This document shows positions 37,383-45,864 of a DNA stretch of 64,000 nucleotides, piece by piece. How positions within the stretch are numbered: position 1 is the stretch's first letter; the number at the start of each line of letters is the position of its first letter. This stretch comes from Candidatus Eiseniibacteriota bacterium (lineage in GTDB: Bacteria > ARS69). The position numbers were made by a program, and so were the translations under genes. The stretch lies in contig JBQTGV010000001.1 in NCBI GenBank assembly GCA_052390515.1, forward strand, positions 1-64,000, read 5' to 3'. The notes beneath the pieces are model-generated. The model saw only the letters and a program-made list of their open reading frames with translations, was not told the DNA's origin and ran no database searches.

Positions 37383-39278
37383 TCAGCCCGCGCTCCACGA
37401 CCGCAAGTACGCATCCAGCGCGGCCCGCTCCTCCGCCGTGCCCACCGCGTCCCGGAACATCGCCGCGACGCGCCGCGTCTCCGGATCCGCGGCTCCGTCC
37501 GCGACCGCGCCGAGCTCGGCCTTCGCCTCCGCCGGACGCCCGTGCAGCGCGAGCGCGAGCCCCCGTTGCAGGCGCACCTTCCAGGCCGGCGGCGAAGCAT
37601 CGGCCATCCGCGACGCCTCGCGCTCCGCCTCCGCCGGCCGCCCCGCGAGGTTCAGCGCCATGACCAGCTCCCACTGCGCGGCCTCGTTCCCCGGCTCGTG
37701 GCGAAGCGCCTCGCGCAGCTGCGCCGCCGCCTCGTCGAAGCGGCCGGCGCGCAGTGCGATTCCGCCGAGATTTTGCCGCGCCAGCGACCAGAGCGGGCGA
37801 AGCTCCGGCCGCGTCTCCGGCGGCTCGACGGTGCGGAGGAAGCGCTCGAGCTTGCGCCGCGCGTTGTCGTGGAATCCGTTCTCGAAATCGCGACCGGCCA
37901 TGGCCACGTCGACCAAGTCCTTGGGATCGAAGCCCTCCCGGCGAAGCTCCTCGGGAGCGGTGCGTGCAACCGGCGGCGTCGCGGCCGGCGCCCCCGCCGG
38001 CCCGCCCCCGGCCGCGTAGCCGAGCGCGCGCAGCGCCTCCATGCGCTCGTCGTCCGGCGCGACCGGCTCCGCCCACCCGGAACGAATCCCGATCGTCTGG
38101 AGCACGAGGTCCTCGAGCTCATCGGCGAGCTCCTCCACTTCGCCCTCGCGCTCCGCCGCGAGATCCCGTGTCTCGCCCGGGTCGGCGACCACGTCGTACA
38201 GCTCCGGCCTCGGCGCCCAGACCAGCTTCCGATCCCGCGTGCGCAGCGCCTTCACCGGCGAACCGCCCCAGAGCCGCGGCTGCACCGTTTCGCAGTAGGC
38301 CACGGTTCCGGGGATGGGACCCTCGCCGCGAAGCACCGGGACGAGACTGCCCCCGGCGCCGAACGCGGGCGGTGCGCCGGCGAGGTGCAGGAGCGTCGGC
38401 GCGACGTCCACCGTCCGCACCACCTCCGAGAGCACCGTGCCAGCGGGCACAAGCGGTCCTCTCAACAGGAGCGGCACTCTCACGGTCTCGTCGTACAGCA
38501 AGATCCCGTGCTCGTCCTCGCCGTGATCATCGAGCCCTTCCCCGTGATCCGCGGTCACCACCACGGCGGCGCTCTCCGGGATCTCCCGCGCGAAGCGGCG
38601 TAGCTCGTAGTCCATGCACTCGATCTCGGCGAGGTAGCGGTCCGCCTGCGTGCGGTTCCAGGGCGGCGGCGCGTCGTACGGGAAGTGCGCGTCATAGAGG
38701 TGCAGCCACAGGAAGAAGCGCGACCCGCCACCGGCCAAGCGGCCAACCGCCGCGGTCGCGCGCGCCACCGCCTCGTCCGCGCGGCGGTCCACCGCGGGCA
38801 GCCAGTGCCGCTCGCGCGGGAAGACGGACTCGTCCTGCACCTCGTACGGCGAGGTCAGGGAGTCGTCGAACGCGTCGAATCCCTGCGCGATCCCGGTCGC
38901 CGCCTCCAGCACCCGGGAGGAGACGACCGCCTCGGTGCGGAAGCCGAGCTCGCCGAAGCGCTCGGCGAGCGTCGGCGCCGCTTCGCCCAGCCGCGCGTCG
39001 CCGTTGGTGCGCACTCCGTGATAGAGCGAAGGCGTCCCGGTGAACATCGTGACGTGGCTCGGCAGCGTGAGCGGCACGTCGGCGAAGGCGTGCTCGACGA
39101 TGGCTCCGGTCCTCGCCCACGAGTCGAGCAGCGGCGTCCTCACGTCCGGGCATCCGTACACGCCGATGCCGTCGGCGCGCGTCGTGTCCAGCGTGATCAG
39201 GATCACGTCGCGGCGCGGCGCCGGAGGGCCCGCACACCCGGCGATCAGCACGCAGAGAAAGATCCCCGACGGACGCAT
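37383..39278 (-). CDS. Sulfatase-like / alkaline-phosphatase-superfamily lipoprotein with C-terminal TPRs
   Basis: Lipobox IAGC; LITLDTTRAD, TLPSH, HLYDAHFPY, TADHGE, ELYD, LRALGY, TPR helices. Confidence 0.85.
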   Translation of the reverse strand: MRPSGIFLCVLIAGCAGPPAPRRDVILITLDTTRADGIGVYGCPDVRTPLLDSWARTGAIVEHAFADVPLTLPSHVTMFTGTPSLYHGVRTNGDARLGEAAPTLAERFGELGFRTEAVVSSRVLEAATGIAQGFDAFDDSLTSPYEVQDESVFPRERHWLPAVDRRADEAVARATAAVGRLAGGGSRFFLWLHLYDAHFPYDAPPPWNRTQADRYLAEIECMDYELRRFAREIPESAAVVVTADHGEGLDDHGEDEHGILLYDETVRVPLLLRGPLVPAGTVLSEVVRTVDVAPTLLHLAGAPPAFGAGGSLVPVLRGEGPIPGTVAYCETVQPRLWGGSPVKALRTRDRKLVWAPRPELYDVVADPGETRDLAAEREGEVEELADELEDLVLQTIGIRSGWAEPVAPDDERMEALRALGYAAGGGPAGAPAATPPVARTAPEELRREGFDPKDLVDVAMAGRDFENGFHDNARRKLERFLRTVEPPETRPELRPLWSLARQNLGGIALRAGRFDEAAAQLREALRHEPGNEAAQWELVMALNLAGRPAEAEREASRMADASPPAWKVRLQRGLALALHGRPAEAKAELGAVADGAADPETRRVAAMFRDAVGTAEERAALDAYLRSWSAG

Positions 39279-39353
39279 CGCGGCATCGTAGCGCGCCCGG
39301 CATCATCCCGCCACGGTGGCCGCCCATCGGACACGGTGGTACCATGCATCGCC

Positions 39354-41144
39354 ATGTCGGGATGCGACCAGATCGTTCTTCTGCTCGGAGGCGCGGGCCT
39401 GGTCGGCTTCCAGTGCGCGCGCCACATCTCGCGGGACCTGCGCCCGCGGCGCGTGGTGCTGGTCTCGCTGTATCGTCAGGAGACCGCCGACGCGGTCGCC
39501 GCGCTCTCCAACGAGTTCCCCGAAATCGACGTGGCCGGCTACTACGGCAACCTCTTCGTCCGCGGGGAGCCGACTCCGGTGGACCGGCAGGCGCCGGAAC
39601 CCTCGCCGCGCGAGTTCGCCGAGGTCGCCGCGAACCGCCAGGCGATCTTCGCCGATCTCTTCGGCGACTTCGAGACGGCCTATCGAGAGTCGTTTCTCGC
39701 ACGCCTTCTGCGGAGAGAGCGCCCGGGCGCCGTCATCGACTCGGTCAACACGGCGACGGCCATCAGTTACCAGGACATCTTCTCGAGCTCGTTCATCGTC
39801 TCCCGGGACCTCGAGGAGGCCCGCGCCGCCCACGACGTCTCCGACGCGTTCACCGCCGACGTCGAGAAGCACCTGATCTCCGGCGCCGTGCCGCAGCTCA
39901 TCCTGCACGTTCGGCTGCTGCACCGTGCGCTCGTGGAGGCCGGCACGCGCATCTACGTCAAGGTGGGAACGACGGGGACGGGCGGCATGGGGCTCAACAT
40001 CCCGTACACGCACGGCGAGGACAAGCCCAGCCCCACATTGATGTCCAAGACGGCGACCGCCTTCGCGCAGACCGGGCTGCTCTTTCTCATGGCGCGCACG
40101 CCGTCTTCGCCGATCATCAAGGAGATCAAGCCGGCGGCGATGATCGGCTACAAGCGCATCGGCTTCCAGCCCGTGCGCGGGCTGCAGTATCGCGCCAACG
40201 GAACCGGCGGCGTGCGCCTCGCGACCGACGAGCCTTATCACCTGTTCCGCGCCCGCGAACAGACTCTCGGCGAGACGCTGGACACCGAGCCGCGCTTCGA
40301 CGGGTTCGCCGCGGTCCACGACGCGTCGGGGAATCGAGCCACGCTGACCATCCCCTGCGTGAACACCGGCGAGAACGGGACCTTCGCGCGGGGGGAGTTC
40401 GAGGCGATCACCGCGCTCGGGCAGATGGAGTTCGTGACGCCGGAGGAGATCGCGCAGCTCGTGACCCTGGAGATCCTGGGAAGCAACACCGGCCGAGACG
40501 TCATCTCCGCGGTCGACTCGACCATCCTCTCCCCCTCGTACAAGGGCGGACTCATCCGCCGCGTCGCCATCGACGAGCTGGACAAGCTGGAGCAGGAGCG
40601 GGGCGTGCCGTCCATCGCCATCGGCCAGCTCGGTCCCCCGCAGCTGGCCAAGTACCTCTACGAAGCGCACTTCTTCCGCGAGCTGTACGGGACGGTGGAG
40701 GGCGCGCTGCGGGAGGCCGGCGGCGCGCCGCGCACCGCCGCGTCCGTCTCCGCGGCGATGAGCGCGCACGTTCTGGCCAGCCCCCTGCGCGACACCATCA
40801 CCTCGGTGGGGATCCCCATCCTGATGCCCGACGGCAAGACGATCCTGCGCGGGCCGGTCATCCGCATCCCTCCGTACAATCGCAAAGCCCACGTCTTCCC
40901 GCTGGGCAACGGGAAAGTCGACGAGTTTGCCGAGCGCGGCTGGGTCGATCTGCGCGAGCGACACATGGCCTGGTGGCTCGAGCAGTTCGGCCGCATGCGG
41001 GAGTCCGTGCTGCGGCGGGAGACGAAGTGGAGCTCCGAGCGGCTCGACATTCGCTCGTATCTGTCCGAGGAGATCCGTATCGGCGAGGTCGTCGCCTGGA
41101 TCTTCAACAACGTGATCGAACCGCCGGGACACCGGATCAAGTAG
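39354..41144 (+). CDS. Long NAD(P)-binding Rossmann-fold protein (SDR-like), function unknown
   Basis: VLLLGGAGLVG at the N-terminus; IDSVNTATAI, VKVGTTGTGGMGLNIPYTH. 596 aa. Confidence 0.7.
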   Translation: MSGCDQIVLLLGGAGLVGFQCARHISRDLRPRRVVLVSLYRQETADAVAALSNEFPEIDVAGYYGNLFVRGEPTPVDRQAPEPSPREFAEVAANRQAIFADLFGDFETAYRESFLARLLRRERPGAVIDSVNTATAISYQDIFSSSFIVSRDLEEARAAHDVSDAFTADVEKHLISGAVPQLILHVRLLHRALVEAGTRIYVKVGTTGTGGMGLNIPYTHGEDKPSPTLMSKTATAFAQTGLLFLMARTPSSPIIKEIKPAAMIGYKRIGFQPVRGLQYRANGTGGVRLATDEPYHLFRAREQTLGETLDTEPRFDGFAAVHDASGNRATLTIPCVNTGENGTFARGEFEAITALGQMEFVTPEEIAQLVTLEILGSNTGRDVISAVDSTILSPSYKGGLIRRVAIDELDKLEQERGVPSIAIGQLGPPQLAKYLYEAHFFRELYGTVEGALREAGGAPRTAASVSAAMSAHVLASPLRDTITSVGIPILMPDGKTILRGPVIRIPPYNRKAHVFPLGNGKVDEFAERGWVDLRERHMAWWLEQFGRMRESVLRRETKWSSERLDIRSYLSEEIRIGEVVAWIFNNVIEPPGHRIK

Positions 41145-41152
41145 GCGCGCCG

Positions 41153-44100
41153 ATGACCGGAACCGATCTCTCCTCCGGAGCCGCGTTCGACGCCGGCTTG
41201 CTCGCGCGCGTGCGCGACGCGCTCGTGCCGCTGGAGGCGGGGCCGGCGGGCGCGGACCGCGGCGTCGCCGCGGCAGCCACCGCCCTGCTCCGCGCCACCC
41301 GCGAGACGCTGCAGAAGCTGTCCGAGGCGGAGCCCGCCGGAGCGCACGGCTACCGCTCCCTGCTGCACCGCGTTCTGGAGGCCGCCGCCTCGCGCGGGGT
41401 GCGCACCGCCTTCGCCTCCACGCCCTTCGCCGCCGAGTGGACCGAGCTGCTGCTCGAGGCGGTGACCGCCTCGGACTACACCACCGGGCGGCTGTTCTTC
41501 TCCAGGGCGCGCGCGCTCGGCGACCGTACGCTCTTCCTGCTGCCCTGGACCCGTCGCGAGGGGCGCGTGTCCTGGCGTGAGGCGGAAGCGCGCGTGCTCG
41601 ACATCGGCCGGGCGTTGCTCGCGTCGAAGGCCAGGGATCCGACCGGGGGTCCGATCGCCGTCCTCGGGGCGAACTCGCCGGAGCTCGCGCTTTTCGACCT
41701 CGCGTGCCTGGTTTCCGGAGCGGCCGACGTGCCCGTTCCGGCGAACTCCACGCCGGCGCAGGTCGAGTTCATCCTGGGACACTGCCGCGCGTCGGCACTC
41801 TTCCTGGGAGACGAGGAAGCCGCGGCGGTGGCGGCTCCGGCCCTGAACTCCTCCAGGATTCCGGCTTGGTGGCTGCCAGAGGAGGCCCCGCCCTCCGATC
41901 GCATCCGACCCTTCCGCGAGTTCCTCGATCTCGGCGCCGGCGTTTCGCCCGAGGACGCGCGTCACACCTCCGCCACGGTGCGGTCCGGCGACCTCGCCAC
42001 GATCATGTACACGTCCGGCACGACGGGTGCGCCGAAAGGCGTCCCTTTCACCCACGCGAACCTCGTGACGACGCGGTTCGCGCGCGCCGCGGCCTGGCCG
42101 GACATCGGCGAGGGCGACGTCTTCCTCTGCTACCTGCCCCTCTATCACACGTTCGGCAGGTGGCTGGAGATGCTCGGCTGCGTGTTCTGGGGATCGGTGT
42201 ACGCGTTCGTGGACGACGCCTCCATCGAGCCGCTGCTCCATTCCTTCGCGCGCGTGCGTCCGACGACCTTCATCTCCGTTCCGAAGAAGTGGATGCAGAT
42301 CGCGGAGGCGGTGGCGCCGCTGGACGAGGCCGAGCCGACGTCCGCCGCGGACAAGGCGCGGATGGCGCGGGAGCTCGTGGAGAGGACCGGCGGACGGCTG
42401 CGCCGAGGACTCTCCGCCGCGGGCTACCTCCCGCCCTCGGTGTTCCGTCGCTTCCACGCCGCGGGCATCGAGCTGCACTCCGGCTTCGGCATGACCGAGG
42501 CGACCGGCGGGATCACCATGACCCCCGCGGCCGACTACCGCGACGACTCCATCGGACTGGCCCTGCCGGGCATCGAGCTGCGCGTGGCCGAGGACGGCGA
42601 GCTGCTCATCCGCGGACCTTACGTGACCCCGCCCGCCGCCGACGAGCCCCCCCGCGAGGACGGCTGGCTGGCCACCGGGGACATCGTGCGCGTCGACGCG
42701 CAGGGCCACTATCGCATCGTCGACCGCAAGAAGGAGATCTTCAAGAACGTGCAGGGTGAGACGATCTCGCCGCGCCGCATCGAGACTCTCTTCGAGGACT
42801 TCGATTCGGTCGAGCGCGTCCTCGCCGTGGGAGACCGGCGCGAGTACTGCGCGGCGCTCATCGTTCCGAGCGCGGAGCTGCGGACCGACTTCGCCTCCTC
42901 CCGCCGGGGCGACACGCTCGAGTCGCTGGAGCTGCGCGAGATCTTCGCCCCCGTTGTCGAGGCGGTGAACCGTTTCCTCGCGCCCTTCGAGCGCATCCTG
43001 GACTTCGCGGTGCTGGCCGAGGATCTCGACCCCGAGAAGGAGCTCACCGCGAAGGGAACGCCCAAGCGGAGCGTCGTGGGCGAACGCTTCGCCGAGGTGA
43101 TCCGCACCATCTACGCTCGGGAGCAGGTGGCGGTGACCGTCGGCGACGTGGAGTGCAAGCTGCCGCAGTGGTTCCTGCGAAACACCGGCATCCCCGCCGG
43201 CGAGGTCCGCGCGGAGGGCTCGGAGCTCGTGGCCGCGGGGCGAAGGCTCGCCGTGCGCCGCGAGAAGAGCGGGATCGTCGTCGGCGATGCCGTCTACGAT
43301 CCGGGAGGAGCGGATCTCCTCCTCGGCGAGATCTTCGGGCGCGCGCGGCTCTGGCTCGGGAACGACGCGGTGCGCCGCTTCGCCGGCTCGGGGATCGAGC
43401 ACTGGTGGCGGCGCGGCGTTCGCTTCCCGACCCGGACGCGGCTGGTCCGACGCATGCCCCTCGCCGGAGCACCGGACGTCCCGTCCCCGCTGGCGCGGTC
43501 CGTCACCATCGGGGATCTGCACGCGGCGGCCCGCGTGCTGGCCGATCCCGACGCGGCACGACGCCGGGAAGCGGTCGTTCGGCTTGGCGAGACGCTGGCC
43601 AGCGAGGCGCGGGACGCCGACCCGATGACCAAGGAGATCCTGCTCTCGTGCTTCTCCGACCCGGACGTGCGCGTCGAGGCGCTGCGCGCGGTGGCGCGCT
43701 CGCTGTCGCCCGCGCAGCTCGATCGTCTCGTCACCGAGCGGCTGCCCTTCGACCCGAGCTTCCTGACGCCGGAGGAAGCGGCGGAGCTCGGTCCGATGAC
43801 TCTGCGCAGCGACCAGCTGGACGTGCTCGTCGCGCGGGCTCGGGCCTGGTGCGAGCCGGACGCCGGCGTGCCGGCGCACGCGCTCGACCGACTGCTCGGC
43901 TGGCTGCGGCGCGTCGCGGTCGAGCATCCGGAGAGCCACCTCGCGGTGCGCTCGCTCCTCGTGGACCTCGCCGAGCTTCCGCTGGACGACGCGCTCCGCG
44001 AGCGACTCGAGGACCACCTGGGGACTCTGGTCCGCGAGTTCCGCGCGCGGCTCCCCGCTCCCGCCACCGCCGACGGCGTTACCTGGGAGCAGGCCGTCGA

Positions 44101-45856
44101 GCTGGACGGCGTCTCGCCGGACGACGGCGCGCGCATCCGCCGGGCGATCGCGGCAGAGAAGCTGCTGCCCGAGGCGATGGCTCTCTTCGGAACGAGCCCG
44201 GCGCGGGATCTGCCGCCGCTCGCGGCGCGCTCGGTGCGGATCTCCCTGCTCGGACTCGGCGAGGGACGCTCCGTCAACCTGCTGGAGTGGTCGCCCGCCG
44301 GCCTCGACCACGGTCCGCCGCGCTTCGAGTGCGTGGTGAAGGCGGACCGCGGCGTCGGGTGGAGCGAGGTCCAGGAAGAGATGCGGCTGCTGGTGCGGGC
44401 GCGCACCGGCGAATCGGGGCGACCCATCGTCAAGACGCAGGGCGGCGGATACCGCGAGCACGGCGTGTGGACCGAGGAGTTCGTGCCGGGCAAGTCCCTG
44501 GACGAGCTGGTCGACGCGCTCGCCGCCGAGGACGACGGCGCCGGCGCCCGGCTCCGCGAGCTCTGGCCCTTCCTCGTCTCCTCCTGCGCGGCCCTGGTCG
44601 TGGACTTCTGGCGAAGAACGGGACGCCGCGTGACGCTCTCGAAGGCCTCGGCGGACAAGCTCGTGCTGCCGGACCATGACTGGCTCGTCGGCGGCCGCCT
44701 CGTCTCCATCGCCGAGCGCCGCCAGTGCGAGCGGCTGACGGACGTGCTCGCCGGCGTGCACTCGGGAATCGTGCTTCCGATCGCCGAGCGGCATGCACGC
44801 GCCGAGCTCGACACCGCATGGCCGCAGCTCCTCTCGGCCGCGCTCGAAGTGCTCGGCGAAGTGGAGGGGTGCGCGCGCCTCGAAGAGGAGGAAGGCGGCC
44901 TCGATCCCGACGGCGAGCTCGCCGGGGCGATCCGCCGCTTCGTTTCGGGCGTGCGCCGGCGCGGGTTCCTGCCGCTGCGCATCCGCGTCGCGGCGCGGCG
45001 CTACCGCAGGTGGCAACAGATCAACGCCGACGCGACGCTCGAGGCACAGGCGGCCACGCTGGACCAGATCGAGGACGCGTACGGCCTGGGCGATCTGGAC
45101 CGGGACCGCCCCGGCTCCCGCCTGCAGCTCTTCCGCCACACCGTGTTTCGCGGATCGGGCGAAGAGTTGACCAAGGGACTCGACGAGCTGATCGCCAAGG
45201 GGCTGGCCTCGCCGCCGGCGCTGGCGGAGCTGCACCGCGAGGTCACCCACCTCCGGGACACGGCGCACCCCAGCGAGCTCGACGAGTTCTTCCTGGCGCG
45301 CATGCTCTATCCGCACGTCGATCCGCGCGGCCGCGCCGTGCTCGTGCGCGAGGAGGACCAGCCCGGCGAGTTCGACACCGGCGTGGCGGTGGAGCACGTC
45401 GACTCGGAGGGCGAAGTCTTCCGCATCCGCCGCCCGGCCAACCCGGGAGAGATCGCCGCGCTCGGCCGGGTGTTCCGGGCCGCGGGTATTCGACGGCTTC
45501 CGCGCGCCGGCGAGGACGACCTCCTGCTGGTGACCGACTCGGACGAGCGCGTGCTTGGCGGGCTCATCTCCCGGCGCATCAGCGACACGTACGTGCGGCT
45601 GGACTGGCTCGCGCTGGGCCGGCACCGCCGGGCCCGCGGCATCGGCTCCATCCTGATCCGCGAGTTCCTGGAGCGGCTCCGGGCGCAGGGAGTGCGGGTC
45701 GTCTCCACCGGATTCTTCCGTCCGGCATTCTTCGCCAATTTCGGCTTCGGCGTGGATCCACGCTACGCCGGTCTCGTCCGCTTCCTGGACGCGGAGAGCC
45801 CGGCCCCCTTGCCCGGGGTCAAGCCGACCCGCGACGATTCCGAACGGGAACGGTAG
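41153..45856 (+). CDS. Multidomain protein: AMP-dependent acyl-CoA-synthetase domain, helical region, kinase-like segment, C-terminal GNAT
   Basis: IMYTSGTTGAPKG, GFGMTE, WLATGD, VDRKKEIFK; later LGLGEGRSV...VVK...EEM...EFVPGKSL; C-terminal LALGRHRRARGIGSILI...FFANFGF. About 1567 aa from the ATG at 41153. Confidence 0.8.
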   Translation: MTGTDLSSGAAFDAGLLARVRDALVPLEAGPAGADRGVAAAATALLRATRETLQKLSEAEPAGAHGYRSLLHRVLEAAASRGVRTAFASTPFAAEWTELLLEAVTASDYTTGRLFFSRARALGDRTLFLLPWTRREGRVSWREAEARVLDIGRALLASKARDPTGGPIAVLGANSPELALFDLACLVSGAADVPVPANSTPAQVEFILGHCRASALFLGDEEAAAVAAPALNSSRIPAWWLPEEAPPSDRIRPFREFLDLGAGVSPEDARHTSATVRSGDLATIMYTSGTTGAPKGVPFTHANLVTTRFARAAAWPDIGEGDVFLCYLPLYHTFGRWLEMLGCVFWGSVYAFVDDASIEPLLHSFARVRPTTFISVPKKWMQIAEAVAPLDEAEPTSAADKARMARELVERTGGRLRRGLSAAGYLPPSVFRRFHAAGIELHSGFGMTEATGGITMTPAADYRDDSIGLALPGIELRVAEDGELLIRGPYVTPPAADEPPREDGWLATGDIVRVDAQGHYRIVDRKKEIFKNVQGETISPRRIETLFEDFDSVERVLAVGDRREYCAALIVPSAELRTDFASSRRGDTLESLELREIFAPVVEAVNRFLAPFERILDFAVLAEDLDPEKELTAKGTPKRSVVGERFAEVIRTIYAREQVAVTVGDVECKLPQWFLRNTGIPAGEVRAEGSELVAAGRRLAVRREKSGIVVGDAVYDPGGADLLLGEIFGRARLWLGNDAVRRFAGSGIEHWWRRGVRFPTRTRLVRRMPLAGAPDVPSPLARSVTIGDLHAAARVLADPDAARRREAVVRLGETLASEARDADPMTKEILLSCFSDPDVRVEALRAVARSLSPAQLDRLVTERLPFDPSFLTPEEAAELGPMTLRSDQLDVLVARARAWCEPDAGVPAHALDRLLGWLRRVAVEHPESHLAVRSLLVDLAELPLDDALRERLEDHLGTLVREFRARLPAPATADGVTWEQAVELDGVSPDDGARIRRAIAAEKLLPEAMALFGTSPARDLPPLAARSVRISLLGLGEGRSVNLLEWSPAGLDHGPPRFECVVKADRGVGWSEVQEEMRLLVRARTGESGRPIVKTQGGGYREHGVWTEEFVPGKSLDELVDALAAEDDGAGARLRELWPFLVSSCAALVVDFWRRTGRRVTLSKASADKLVLPDHDWLVGGRLVSIAERRQCERLTDVLAGVHSGIVLPIAERHARAELDTAWPQLLSAALEVLGEVEGCARLEEEEGGLDPDGELAGAIRRFVSGVRRRGFLPLRIRVAARRYRRWQQINADATLEAQAATLDQIEDAYGLGDLDRDRPGSRLQLFRHTVFRGSGEELTKGLDELIAKGLASPPALAELHREVTHLRDTAHPSELDEFFLARMLYPHVDPRGRAVLVREEDQPGEFDTGVAVEHVDSEGEVFRIRRPANPGEIAALGRVFRAAGIRRLPRAGEDDLLLVTDSDERVLGGLISRRISDTYVRLDWLALGRHRRARGIGSILIREFLERLRAQGVRVVSTGFFRPAFFANFGFGVDPRYAGLVRFLDAESPAPLPGVKPTRDDSERER

Positions 45857-45864
45857 GAGGGGCG

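Noticed and set aside
39344-41152. N-terminal ~600 aa of the 2170-aa ORF, suggesting an even larger fusion
   Set aside because: Low-complexity alternate frame over the Rossmann gene; protein-like sequence starts at ATG 41153.
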